A DNA stretch of 64,000 nt, from NCBI GenBank assembly GCA_963796685.1, contig CAWCMR010000022.1:96001-160000 (forward strand), given 5' to 3'. The DNA comes from an uncultured delta proteobacterium. Its GTDB lineage: Bacteria > Myxococcota_A > Polyangia > Fen-1088. The translations under genes were made by a program, and so were the position numbers. Within the stretch, counting starts at the first letter, position 1. Each line of letters opens with the position of its first letter. Below, piece after piece: positions 13,976 through 22,918 of the stretch. The notes under the pieces were generated by a model. The model worked only from the letters and a program-made list of their open reading frames with translations. It was not told the origin of the DNA and did not search any database.

Positions 13976-14185
13976 TCATCGTTGCCCAAGAAAGAGGCCG
14001 AGGCCAAAGGCAAGGGCGACCGCCATGCCAGGCTTGCGGCGCACCCACCGTCGCCAGTCCAGGCTGCGCGTCACCTCGGCCTCCAACGCGCCCATCGAAA
14101 CGACAAACTGCTCGCGCGAATGCTCGAGTTGCATGCTTGCGTGCGCGAGCGCGGAATCCGCTTCCGTCGCGGTGCTAATGGACAC
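13976..14185 (-). CDS. DUF3618/ElaB-like small protein with a C-terminal membrane anchor
   Basis: LDWRRWVRRKPGMAVALAFGLGLFLG; follows a holin-like gene as in yqjE-yqjK-type clusters. Confidence 0.6.
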   Translation of the reverse strand: MSISTATEADSALAHASMQLEHSREQFVVSMGALEAEVTRSLDWRRWVRRKPGMAVALAFGLGLFLGQR

Positions 14186-14600
14186 GGGAGTTTCCCGGAG
14201 ACGACGCGACGTCGGGAGCAGTCGCTTTGTCCAGTGCTGCCAGGCTGCTGCTCATGGCGGCGGCGGAGCTGTCCATGAGGCGCCCACCGCGCGAACGGAG
14301 TGGCGAGAAGAGGAGGCCCACGCCGGCACCGGCGATGTGGACGAGCCCGATGACCACGAGAGGAAGACCGACTGCGGGGTGGCCGCCGAGCAGGACCGCC
14401 AACCCGGCCATTGCCAATCCATATCCAAGAGCAACCAGTGTGGCCAGCACCGCGATAAGGCTGGCACGTCGACCCATCCCGTGCATTTCCGCTTTGAGCT
14501 CGAGCTGGGCGACCTTCACGTGTTGCCCGAGTAGGTGGCCAAATCCCAGCACTGCCTCCTTGGCCAGCACCGACACGCCTGGGTTTGACGTCGTCTTCAT
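14175..14600 (-). CDS. Phage-holin-like (DUF1469/YqjE-type) membrane protein
   Basis: LLGQHVKVAQLELKAEM followed by two TM segments; AGGAG RBS; ATGA overlap with the transporter stop. Confidence 0.7.
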   Translation of the reverse strand: MKTTSNPGVSVLAKEAVLGFGHLLGQHVKVAQLELKAEMHGMGRRASLIAVLATLVALGYGLAMAGLAVLLGGHPAVGLPLVVIGLVHIAGAGVGLLFSPLRSRGGRLMDSSAAAMSSSLAALDKATAPDVASSPGNSRVH

Positions 14601-15826
14601 GTGCGGGTGACTCCTGGCGAGCTCGACGCCTCCGAGGCGTGCTTTTGGCCGTGCAACACGGCATCGATAGCGACCTCGCTGCCGGTTTCGGCCGCCTTGG
14701 CCAACGCCTTGTGGTCCGTGAGCACGCGGTCTGACAGATATCCCCGCAGCCAGTGGCGCTCGACGATGGGGTAGGCGGCCACCAGGGGCAGCACCAAGAC
14801 GGCCCCGATGATTCCTTGCAACCGCCCCCCGACGAGTAGGGCAAGAAGTACCGACAGGCTGGAGATCTTGAGCTTGTTGCCATAGATGCGCGGTAACAGA
14901 AAGTAGGTCTCGAAGAGGTGATAGGCCACGTATGCGGCCAGCACTGCCACCGCGGCACCCGGCGACACCGCGAGCGCCAATAGAATGGCTGGAACCGTGG
15001 CCAGCAGAATGCCCAACACCGGGATGATGTCGCAGAATCCGGCAACCACGGCCAAGGGTGCAGCGGCCGGGACCCGCAGAATGGTCAAGAGAACGGCGGT
15101 AAAAATCGCAAAGAGCAGCGCGGCGAGAAGCTGGCCGCTGACATAGGCGTGCACCACGTCGGATACCTCGTGCATGGTGGTGGCCAACCTTTCGCGATAG
15201 GTGCGCGGTATGAAGGCCAGTATCCAAGCGTAAAGACTTTTGCCGTGGAGCAACAGATAGAGGGTGAGAACGAGAATGACTACGGTCACTACGACACCTG
15301 AGGCGGCGCTCTGGCCCCAGGCAAACCATCGACTGAAGGCACCCGCTGCCATGGAGGAGGATGCTGATTCGAAAAGCTCTCGAATAATCTTGTGGATCCC
15401 CGGATAGCGCAACGGGATTCTGCTCAGGACGCGTGCGCGGAATTCAGGAAGATTTTCCAGTAGATGGGTCAGCTGTCCGGTAAGCGGCGGCATGACGAAC
15501 ATGACGAAGACCGCCAAAAGTACAATGGCAAGGGCCGCAATAATAGCGACGCTCAATGCTCGACGGAGCCGCCTTTGCTCCATCCACCGGACGGCCGGAG
15601 ACAGCGTGACTGCAAACAGAACCGAGATGAGGAACAACAAGAACTCGGGCCACAAGAGGTAGGTCGCCCACAGGCCAAGGCCGCTTCCGATGAGCTTGAA
15701 GACCGTGGCCATCGGGATGCGAAGGTCTCGCGTGCGTCGGGTCTGAGGCGCCTTGATCTCGGTCGTGGTGTTCCATTCACCTTGCACGGGGACCCCCATC
15801 TTTTGCCGCGAATGCCAATGGTCCAA
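14597..15826 (-). CDS. AI-2E family transporter (start uncertain)
   Basis: YVSGQLLAA, CDIIPVLG, LLPRIYG, GIIGAVLVLPL; multiple TM helices. Confidence 0.88.
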   Translation of the reverse strand: MDHWHSRQKMGVPVQGEWNTTTEIKAPQTRRTRDLRIPMATVFKLIGSGLGLWATYLLWPEFLLFLISVLFAVTLSPAVRWMEQRRLRRALSVAIIAALAIVLLAVFVMFVMPPLTGQLTHLLENLPEFRARVLSRIPLRYPGIHKIIRELFESASSSMAAGAFSRWFAWGQSAASGVVVTVVILVLTLYLLLHGKSLYAWILAFIPRTYRERLATTMHEVSDVVHAYVSGQLLAALLFAIFTAVLLTILRVPAAAPLAVVAGFCDIIPVLGILLATVPAILLALAVSPGAAVAVLAAYVAYHLFETYFLLPRIYGNKLKISSLSVLLALLVGGRLQGIIGAVLVLPLVAAYPIVERHWLRGYLSDRVLTDHKALAKAAETGSEVAIDAVLHGQKHASEASSSPGVTRT

Positions 15827-15918
15827 CTCTTGTCCAAAGCGACTGGGAGGTCAGGTGTGAGGGAGCACCCCCGACCTCCACGAGTCCTAGGCTAGATAGT
15901 TTAGGCAAACCAAGCTCC

Positions 15919-16836
15919 TCAGCGCACGCTGAGATGCGAAGGCTGAATGATGATCTCGACACGGCGGTTGTTGGCGCGGTTCTCGGCGTTGCTATTGTCG
16001 ACGAGTGGATGGCTCGAGCCCATTCCGACAGCGCTAATCTTGGCGCTGTCCACGCCACGCGATACCAGGTAGTTGCGCACGGCGTCTGCCCGGTTCAGCG
16101 AGAGCGGTTGATTGATCCTGTCCGAACCCTGGCTGTCGGTGTAGCCCTCGACGATCATCCGCTTGTCGGAATTCTGTGCCTTGAGTGCCTCGGCCACTTG
16201 ATCGAGCTTGGTCATCGCAGTGTCGAGCAGAGCATACTTGTTCGAAGCGAAGAGAATGCTGCCGGAAAGGGTGATGACCAGCCCTCGGGAGTCTTCTTTG
16301 ATCGCGGCAATGGCGGCCAGATCCTTCATCGCACCAGCCAGCTTGCTTTCGGCCGCCACACGCGCTTGCGTCTCGGCTGCCAATTGGTCGGTGGTCTTTT
16401 CAATCTCCGCCGTCTTCGCGTTGCTGTCCCGCTGCTCTTCTTTGAGCTGCTCGCGCGTCGACGAGAGCGCCGCTCGGGTACTCTTCACCTGGTTGTCACG
16501 AGCCGTCACGCCGGCCTTCACCGCTTCGGCGATCTTCTGGCGGTCGAGCTCCGTGCGAGCCTTCGCGTCTGCCAGTTCTACCTTGTTCTGCGCGATGTAC
16601 GCGTAATCACGGCACATAACAGTGTCGCCGTGCTCGTCGAACTCCTTGTTCGCCTTGGCCAGGACTATCCAAGCATCGTGCAACTCGGTGGGGGTCAGCT
16701 TCGCCGCCAACCCGGTGTTCGCCGCCGTAAACGAAGTGCGCGCCTGAACCAATTCGGGGGGCGCAGTGGTGGCACATCCGCTAATCAATCCTGCGAGTGC
16801 GATGCTCGCCAACAAATTGGTCTTTGTGATCTTCAT
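15919..16836 (-). CDS. OmpA-family lipoprotein (DUF4398-like N-terminus, coiled coil, OmpA C-domain)
   Basis: Lipobox ISGC; RGLVITLSGSILF, EGYTDSQG, LSLNRADAV, NRRVEI. Confidence 0.9.
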   Translation of the reverse strand: MKITKTNLLASIALAGLISGCATTAPPELVQARTSFTAANTGLAAKLTPTELHDAWIVLAKANKEFDEHGDTVMCRDYAYIAQNKVELADAKARTELDRQKIAEAVKAGVTARDNQVKSTRAALSSTREQLKEEQRDSNAKTAEIEKTTDQLAAETQARVAAESKLAGAMKDLAAIAAIKEDSRGLVITLSGSILFASNKYALLDTAMTKLDQVAEALKAQNSDKRMIVEGYTDSQGSDRINQPLSLNRADAVRNYLVSRGVDSAKISAVGMGSSHPLVDNSNAENRANNRRVEIIIQPSHLSVR

Positions 16837-16870
16837 GGTGAAATCCTTTGTAAGAGTGGTGGATGGAAAA

Positions 16871-17221
16871 CTAGTTGGTTCCGCGTGAGCGAACGGCCTT
16901 CAGATCTTCGGTCGCCCTGAGGGCGTCCTGGTGTACCGAGACTTCGCGGGCAAGCCCGATGGCCAGCTCGGCATCCGAATCGGCACGAGCAAGCACCAGT
17001 ACAGCCCGCGTTTCTCCGGCAGCGGCCATCTTCTTGGCCGTGTCGGTCTGGTCTTTGGCCAGTTGCAGATGCAGTTTGGCGGCGGGCACGCCGCTCGCAC
17101 CCACTTCTTCGGCGCCGCGGATGCTCGCCTCCGAATTTGCGAGTTGATCGGGAGAAAGCTGCACCGTGGCGCAACCTGCCAGGCCTAGAACGGCTAGCAA
17201 CATCATCAATCTTTTCATCAT
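16871..17221 (-). CDS. DUF4398 lipoprotein
   Basis: Lipobox LAGC; ASIRGAEEVGA, LARADSDAELA; typical partner of the downstream OmpA lipoprotein. Confidence 0.8.
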   Translation of the reverse strand: MMKRLMMLLAVLGLAGCATVQLSPDQLANSEASIRGAEEVGASGVPAAKLHLQLAKDQTDTAKKMAAAGETRAVLVLARADSDAELAIGLAREVSVHQDALRATEDLKAVRSRGTN

Positions 17222-17273
17222 GGACAGTTCCTTTGCGTAGAGGTTGTTGGGTTACAAGAGACTTTGGATTCGG

Positions 17274-18572
17274 CTACAACGGACACCCACTGCCCGGCAC
17301 GGAAACCACGTTCGAGTCGAATACGAAGGCCCCGGCACCCCCTACCCACGCCCCTGCCATCGAGCGGCCGCACGCCGTAGACCCGGTCTTCATCGTGATA
17401 TCGAAGCCCGCCAGCACGTTGCCTTGGAACTCGGTGTACGAGCCAAGTGTTGCCGAGCTCGCCACTTGCCACCAGACATTGGACGCCTTGGTCCCGTTGG
17501 TCAGCAAAATGCGAGCATGGGCTCCTGGGCTGGGGGCGCCGTCGGCCGTCGTAAGGGAGCTGGCCGATTGGAAGACGAAGACGGCGTTTGCGTCGCCTTG
17601 GCCGTCGAGCGTGACATCTCCGGCGAGCAAGAGTGACGTGGTCGAGGTGTAGACGCCAGGCGTGAACCAGTTGTCACCGAGCACGAGGGGACTTCCAGCC
17701 ACGTTCCCCAAGGTCGTGGGCGCTGCGATGGGCGTACCCCCACCCAAGGAACCAACTGCCGGTGGTCCGGCCAAGGGTGTGATGGCGAGAAACGCCGCGT
17801 TCAAGTCGGCCTTGATGGCGCTTGCCGTGGTCGTGTCCGGATACGTGTTGGTAATGACCGTTCCGCTGATCGTCGGAGGCATGCCACCGCAAAGGCCGAA
17901 GCCGCCGGCGTTGTCGACCGTCACGGCGTTGCACGTTCGATCCGGCGTGAGCACCACGTCACCATTGATGTGGGTGATCGGCGACGTGATGGTGTTGGTA
18001 ATACCCGCCGTGGCCGCAATCGCAAACGGCTCGGCCTTTCCAAGGTTTACGACGATGGCAGGCCCTGACGCGGAGCCATCGATGTTCTCGAAATCCGTGG
18101 TCTCCGCGTCGATGAGGGCCGCGTCGAGCTTTTCGGTGTCGATGCCGGGCACGTCGGCGGCATGAGCGTCCAGGATTGGAACATTGCTCTCGGGAACGTC
18201 GAGGACCGAAACGTCGGGGACAAGGACATCGCCGATAGGCGCGTCGGAGACAGCGACGTCGAAACTGCCGGTGTCGGGAGTGCCGGCTTCTGCGATGGGT
18301 GTATCGGCAGTGCCGCTGTCGACCTTCGCCGCGTCGGCGACGTCCGTCTTGAGCTCCACGGTGTCGGCATTTGCGCCATCCGCGTTTGCGCTGTCGGGGT
18401 TCGCCAGGTCGAGATTTCCGGCGTCGGGGATCGCCCTATCGCCGCTGACGGCATCGGCCTTTCCGGCGTCTGGCTGGGCTGCATCGGTGGGAGGAAACTC
18501 GACGAGCTGTCCTCCGCAGGCGGGCAAAAGGATCAAGGACAAAAACAGCGCGTGGTGTTGGAGGGTCTTCAT
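17274..18572 (-). CDS. Ice-binding-like (DUF3494) lipoprotein with an Asp/Ala-rich low-complexity stalk
   Basis: Lipobox LPAC; NLGKAEPFAI, TPGVY, VTLDGQGDANAVFVFQ, ASNVWWQV, FQGNVLA. Confidence 0.85.
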   Translation of the reverse strand: MKTLQHHALFLSLILLPACGGQLVEFPPTDAAQPDAGKADAVSGDRAIPDAGNLDLANPDSANADGANADTVELKTDVADAAKVDSGTADTPIAEAGTPDTGSFDVAVSDAPIGDVLVPDVSVLDVPESNVPILDAHAADVPGIDTEKLDAALIDAETTDFENIDGSASGPAIVVNLGKAEPFAIAATAGITNTITSPITHINGDVVLTPDRTCNAVTVDNAGGFGLCGGMPPTISGTVITNTYPDTTTASAIKADLNAAFLAITPLAGPPAVGSLGGGTPIAAPTTLGNVAGSPLVLGDNWFTPGVYTSTTSLLLAGDVTLDGQGDANAVFVFQSASSLTTADGAPSPGAHARILLTNGTKASNVWWQVASSATLGSYTEFQGNVLAGFDITMKTGSTACGRSMAGAWVGGAGAFVFDSNVVSVPGSGCPL

Positions 18573-18573
18573 A

Positions 18574-19746
18574 TTACTTGCTCCCGTCATTGAGGATCGT
18601 GAAGTAGACGACGAACTCGACACGGCGGTTGTTTTCACGGCCGGCGATGGTTTCGTTGGTATCGATCGGAACGGATGAGCCGAAGCCTTTCGAGGCCAGG
18701 CGTTCCTTGTCGATACCGTGCGATACCAGATAGTTCAGCACCGCCTCGGCCCGCTGCTCGGAAAGGGTCTGATTACGCTCGTCCCCACCTTCCGACGAGG
18801 AATGCCCCTCGACCTGAACGCGAAAACCCTTGTTGTCATTCAAAGCCTGCACGACTTCATCCAGAACCGGGAACGAGACTTCCTGAAGAACGGCCTGGTT
18901 CCAGGCGAAGTAGAGCTTCTCGTTCAGCTCGAGCTTGTCCTTCTTGATGACGAGCTTCTTGTACGTGGGGCAGCCCCAGTTGTCCATCGGCCCGACCACG
19001 TCGGGGCAGTGGTCTACATTATCGGGGATGCCATCGTGGTCCCGGTCCGGGCAAACGAAAAGCTTCTTCTCGACGCTTCGAGCTTCGGGAGGGGCGGCAA
19101 TGGGGGCTCGACGTTCCGAGCCCATGGCAACCTCGAGGCTTACGCCCAGGCTCAAGAGCTTGGCGTCGTTGTTGTCGTACCCGCGACGCTCTTGCTGCAT
19201 GATTTGAAAGTAGCGCGCGAACGGACCGACCCAGAAGAGACGCGACCTGCCGATCGGCACCGATAAACCGACAGCTGCCGCGAAACCTGGCCGGTTGAGG
19301 TGTCCGGTGCGAACGTAGAGAAGGTCCGCGTCCGCCCAGGGCAAGACCCCGAGAAATAGATCGCTCGCGGTTCGCGGGGGGCGGACACGTAGGCTTCCGC
19401 CGAAGGTCCATGCCGTTCCACCTTCTGCACCGGCTGTTTCGTTGGGCAGCGCCAGAAAGGTTGCGCTGGGCCCGATGTCCACGAGCTGGTTGACGACCCA
19501 CAGCGCCTTGATGGTTTCACCGCCGCCGGTCTTGAAAATGCGAGACTGCGGGTTCGTGAGCGGCAAAGCAACACCAGGCTCGAGCTTCAAGGCAAAGTCC
19601 CCGACCTGGGCCGGCACGGGGGCCTCGTCGGAGGTATCGCCTTCGTCCGCCTGTGCCAAGTGGTCGAATAGCAGCAGGACAGCAGCAGTCAGGGCTATCG
19701 TCGTCGAGTACGCGTATCGGACTCTCGTGTGCATTGGTGTCTCCAT
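18574..19746 (-). CDS. OmpA-family outer-membrane protein (beta-barrel, TSP3-like repeat, OmpA C-domain)
   Basis: DRDHDGIPDNVDHCP, VEGHSS, LSEQRAEAV, NRRVEF. Confidence 0.9.
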   Translation of the reverse strand: METPMHTRVRYAYSTTIALTAAVLLLFDHLAQADEGDTSDEAPVPAQVGDFALKLEPGVALPLTNPQSRIFKTGGGETIKALWVVNQLVDIGPSATFLALPNETAGAEGGTAWTFGGSLRVRPPRTASDLFLGVLPWADADLLYVRTGHLNRPGFAAAVGLSVPIGRSRLFWVGPFARYFQIMQQERRGYDNNDAKLLSLGVSLEVAMGSERRAPIAAPPEARSVEKKLFVCPDRDHDGIPDNVDHCPDVVGPMDNWGCPTYKKLVIKKDKLELNEKLYFAWNQAVLQEVSFPVLDEVVQALNDNKGFRVQVEGHSSSEGGDERNQTLSEQRAEAVLNYLVSHGIDKERLASKGFGSSVPIDTNETIAGRENNRRVEFVVYFTILNDGSK

Positions 19747-19768
19747 GTTGATCTTTGCTGGCGGCTAA

Positions 19769-19882
19769 AGCAGCAATCGGGCCACTGCCCTGACGCTCAT
19801 GACTTCAGGTACTTGCACCGAGGCGAGTTGTGAAGACGAAGGCCATCCCAATCAAGATGACGTGGACCATCGTTCAAAATGA
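19769..19882 (-). promoter_or_regulatory. sigma54 cassette 3 (ompA through ytxH-like run)
   Basis: TGGCCCGATTGCTGCT (19784-19769); IHF-like CTTCAGGTACTTG 19803-19815; TCAAGATGA 19852-19860 and TCAAAATGA 19874-19882. Confidence 0.87.
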
Positions 19883-19950
19883 GTCGGTCGAGGGATTGTG
19901 GCCAGCAGAGTGGCCTTGGCGTCAAACATCTCCCGAGCCGGACATACGGG

Positions 19951-21360
19951 TCAGTAAGCGTTCTGACGCTTCTTGGCGCCAAAGATGGTCAGGAAGATAA
20001 TCTTCAGGTCCAGAAGCAGATTCCAATCGCGGATGTACTCCATGTCGTGGCGAACCCGTTCTTCCATCTTCTCTAGCTCGGCGGTTTCGCCCCGCCATCC
20101 GTTCACCTGCGCCCAACCTGTAATTCCCGGTTTGACCATGTGGCGAAGCATGTATCCGTGAATGATGGCCCGGTATCGCTCATTATGTGCGACCGCATGC
20201 GGCCGTGGTCCGACGAGAGAAAGCTCACCGGTCAGCACCTGTAGGAACTGCGGGAATTCGTCGAGGGACGTGCGTCGCAGGAACTTGCCCAGCTTCGTCA
20301 CACGTACATCGTCCTTGGTGGCCTGGACCACGTCTAGCCCATCCTCGCAGACTGTCATGGTTCGGAACTTGAGTATGCGAATCCGCTTACCGCACAGGCC
20401 ATAGCGCCACTGCCGGAAGAAGATTGGCCCCGGCGACTTGAGCTTGATGGCAAGTGCGATGAAGAGCATTGGGATGGACGTGAGACAAACGATAATACTG
20501 CCAAGCGTTAGGTCCTCGATGCGTTTGATCCAACCGACGACGCCTTGGAAGGGAGAATCGTGTAGGCTGACAATGGGGATGCCACCCACCTGGCCCCATT
20601 GTGCACGCAGGAGGGAGAAATAGAGCATGTCGGCCACAAGGTACACGGTGACGGTCGTGTCGGCCAAAGCCGCTAGAATCACCGCGGTGCGCTCTTCGGC
20701 GCGAAGCGGAAGCGCAACGTAGACCGCGTCGAGCTTACCTTGATGGCATGCCTGGACAAGATCCTCGGATTTGCCGACCACAGAACAATGCGGGTGGGAG
20801 CTGACATGTCGCCTGTCCTTCGACCGGTCGTCATAAACGCCCAAGAGTTTGAGCCCTAGCCAGGGCATGGCCTCGAAGGATTCAGCCAAGCGCTCGGCAT
20901 CCTTCGTACAGCCCAAAATGGCTACCCTGTGAATGTTGCGGCCTTGAAGTCGCACGATGCGCAGGACGATACGAACGCCCACCCGCACGAGGCAGAGGGT
21001 GAGCGGTGCGAACAGGAACCACGCGAAGGAGGCAACACGAGAGTAGTGCGAGGCGGTCTTGGTGAAGAACCAGAAGGCAAATAGGACGGTTGGCACCGCC
21101 AGCCAAGCGAGTAGGGCGTCCTTGGACTCGCGCAGGATGGTTCCGGTGCGCCAGGGCCGGTAGAGGCCACTCATTTCCGCCGCGAAGCCGAATACCAGCA
21201 GGGCGATGACGGTGATGGTCGTGGTCTGGTCGCTCCAGGGCTCGGGGTAGATGGCGTGGGCCACGGCCTGCGCGCCAACGATGACGACAAGGTCCACGAG
21301 TCGCTGAAGCATGCACACCCAGGATTCATTTCTGCGCAGAGGCCCATCTATTTCAGTCAT
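19951..21360 (-). CDS. wcaJ: Undecaprenyl-phosphate glucose phosphotransferase
   Basis: KFRTM, RVTKLGKFLRRTSLDEFPQF, SLVGPRP, VKPGITGWAQVNGWRGET. Confidence 0.92.
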   Translation of the reverse strand: MTEIDGPLRRNESWVCMLQRLVDLVVIVGAQAVAHAIYPEPWSDQTTTITVIALLVFGFAAEMSGLYRPWRTGTILRESKDALLAWLAVPTVLFAFWFFTKTASHYSRVASFAWFLFAPLTLCLVRVGVRIVLRIVRLQGRNIHRVAILGCTKDAERLAESFEAMPWLGLKLLGVYDDRSKDRRHVSSHPHCSVVGKSEDLVQACHQGKLDAVYVALPLRAEERTAVILAALADTTVTVYLVADMLYFSLLRAQWGQVGGIPIVSLHDSPFQGVVGWIKRIEDLTLGSIIVCLTSIPMLFIALAIKLKSPGPIFFRQWRYGLCGKRIRILKFRTMTVCEDGLDVVQATKDDVRVTKLGKFLRRTSLDEFPQFLQVLTGELSLVGPRPHAVAHNERYRAIIHGYMLRHMVKPGITGWAQVNGWRGETAELEKMEERVRHDMEYIRDWNLLLDLKIIFLTIFGAKKRQNAY

Positions 21361-21376
21361 GTTAGGCCGGGTCTAA

Positions 21377-21489
21377 AGCAGCATTCGAGCCATAGGCCGG
21401 AAGAAGGTAAGTTCAAGCGCTTGGCGCGTGGAAGACCCTCGGGAATGGCTTGACGCAATCAAAACGAAGCGAAGCGCCCATCATTGCGA
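21377..21489 (-). promoter_or_regulatory. sigma54 cassette 4 (wcaJ)
   Basis: TGGCTCGAATGCTGCT (21392-21377); IHF-like GTTCAAGCGCTTG 21411-21423; TCAAAACGA 21459-21467 and TCATTGCGA 21481-21489. Confidence 0.82.
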
Positions 21490-21514
21490 GCGAGCTGTCC
21501 TGGCTGCGATGGCG

Positions 21515-22111
21515 CTATTCACTTGGAACTGAAGTGACGGCCCGAGGAAAGACGATGAGCGCCAGTTGGTCAGCTCTTGCCCACTCGGTCGCAAAGCCGT
21601 CGCGGCTGTTCACGCGTAGGCCGTGCGCCGGATCGAGCGTGAGAATGCGTTGCCGCTGGCGGTTGATCCCCACCACGACCTCGTAGTGGGGATAGTAGCG
21701 GAAAAGGTAGCGCTTCATCATGCCGACCAGGACGGGACGGTGTCGCTGAATCTCGCGGTCTAGGTCGCCCTGTCGGCCTTGAATGAGGAAGGCCTGAAGA
21801 CCCTTCCTGCGAGCGAAGTCGCGGAGAGCCGCAGCAGGAATGCCCCGTTCGGGGGCGGGTGGGTTGGCGGCGACGACCTCGGCGCCCGTAACCGGGTACC
21901 CCCAGCGTTGGAGAACCATGGCCAGGGCTGCGGCACCGCAGTCCTCGCGTGTCACTTGGCGCACGTCGGGGACCGCCTCGACTACCTGCCATCCGCCCTC
22001 GCGCGCCAATTGCGACGGCGTGGTCGTCCTGGCGGAGCCCAGATAGCAACCGCTCGCCAGGACGAGCCCGACTAGCGCAAGGCGCCCCGGGCATCGATCG
22101 GGTAGCCTCAT
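21515..22111 (-). CDS. Stand-alone C39-like cysteine peptidase lipoprotein (PA2778-like)
   Basis: Lipobox ASGC; RQVTREDCGAAALAMVL, HYEVVVG, LDPA catalytic motifs. Confidence 0.82.
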   Translation of the reverse strand: MRLPDRCPGRLALVGLVLASGCYLGSARTTTPSQLAREGGWQVVEAVPDVRQVTREDCGAAALAMVLQRWGYPVTGAEVVAANPPAPERGIPAAALRDFARRKGLQAFLIQGRQGDLDREIQRHRPVLVGMMKRYLFRYYPHYEVVVGINRQRQRILTLDPAHGLRVNSRDGFATEWARADQLALIVFPRAVTSVPSE

Positions 22112-22146
22112 GCGGGTAGCCTCATGCTGCTTGCCAATGCCGGAAG

Positions 22147-22461
22147 CTAGCGCACGAGCAGGATGACTACCACCACCAGCAACGTCACGACAAGTGCGCC
22201 GGTACCGATGTAGATTCCGCCGCCACCGCCCGCAAAGCCGGCGAGCTGGGGAGCCGCCCTCTCCCGCGCGGCGTAGTCCGATGTGCTGCCTGGGTAGTCC
22301 GGTGTGCTGCCCTGAGAGACATCAAGCTGCGCCGGCTTGGCAAGCTCATTGCCAGGGACATTGTTTATCGCGACCTGGGGCGCTCCCATGGGTTCAGCAT
22401 GAGCGAAGGCCGGAACGCAAGATAGCGCCACGAGCAACGCGCCTATGATGAGCCTCTTCAT
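22147..22461 (-). CDS. Small secreted protein with a Gly-run plus C-terminal TM tail (PA2779-like)
   Basis: Signal MKRLIIGALLVALSCVPAFAHA; C-terminus LAGFAGGGGGIYIGTGALVVTLLVVVVILLVR. Confidence 0.7.
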   Translation of the reverse strand: MKRLIIGALLVALSCVPAFAHAEPMGAPQVAINNVPGNELAKPAQLDVSQGSTPDYPGSTSDYAARERAAPQLAGFAGGGGGIYIGTGALVVTLLVVVVILLVR

Positions 22462-22525
22462 GGAATGTCCCTCCGACACTGGACCAGGCGACTCGACAAA
22501 ACTACTGGCATCGTCCAAAGCATGT

Positions 22526-22864
22526 TCATGCCTCTTTCGTCTGACGTTTGGCGCGTTCGACCTTGGGATCGGTAGAATGCGATTTTGCTGTGTGAAGGGC
22601 TGCCAACTGGCCTTGGATCTTCGTCCAGGTGTCTTTGTGAACCGCTCTTCTGAGTAGCACGCGCCCCATGGGTGGGGTCGTCGCGAGCGCACTCCGGACG
22701 CCTTGTTCGAGATCCTCCAAGTCGATATACTCCTCACCCTCGAGCGGACGAACCGCTGTTTCGGCAGTGCTTACGGAAGCGACTTCGCCGTCGGACAGCA
22801 GCATCAAGATACTCTCGCGGGTTACGTGCTCTGCTCTTGCATCGGTGTTCATGGCATTCTCCAA
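22526..22864 (-). CDS. Hypothetical protein
   Basis: TRESILMLLSDGEVASVSTAE...EEYIDL; co-oriented within the operon; GGAG RBS before ATG 22852. Confidence 0.6.
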   Translation of the reverse strand: MENAMNTDARAEHVTRESILMLLSDGEVASVSTAETAVRPLEGEEYIDLEDLEQGVRSALATTPPMGRVLLRRAVHKDTWTKIQGQLAALHTAKSHSTDPKVERAKRQTKEA

Positions 22865-22918
22865 TCAAGGAAATCAATCATGGGTTCAGGTAGATCTTCA
22901 TCTGCGACGGCTCTCCGT

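Noticed and set aside
14175-14600. Holin-like gene as evidence of a prophage
   Set aside because: No phage genes nearby; this family is common in stress clusters.
22518-22533. Possible sigma54 promoter AGGCATGAACATGCT before the PA2779-like gene
   Set aside because: GG-to-GC spacing is 9, not 10, and there is no UAS pair.
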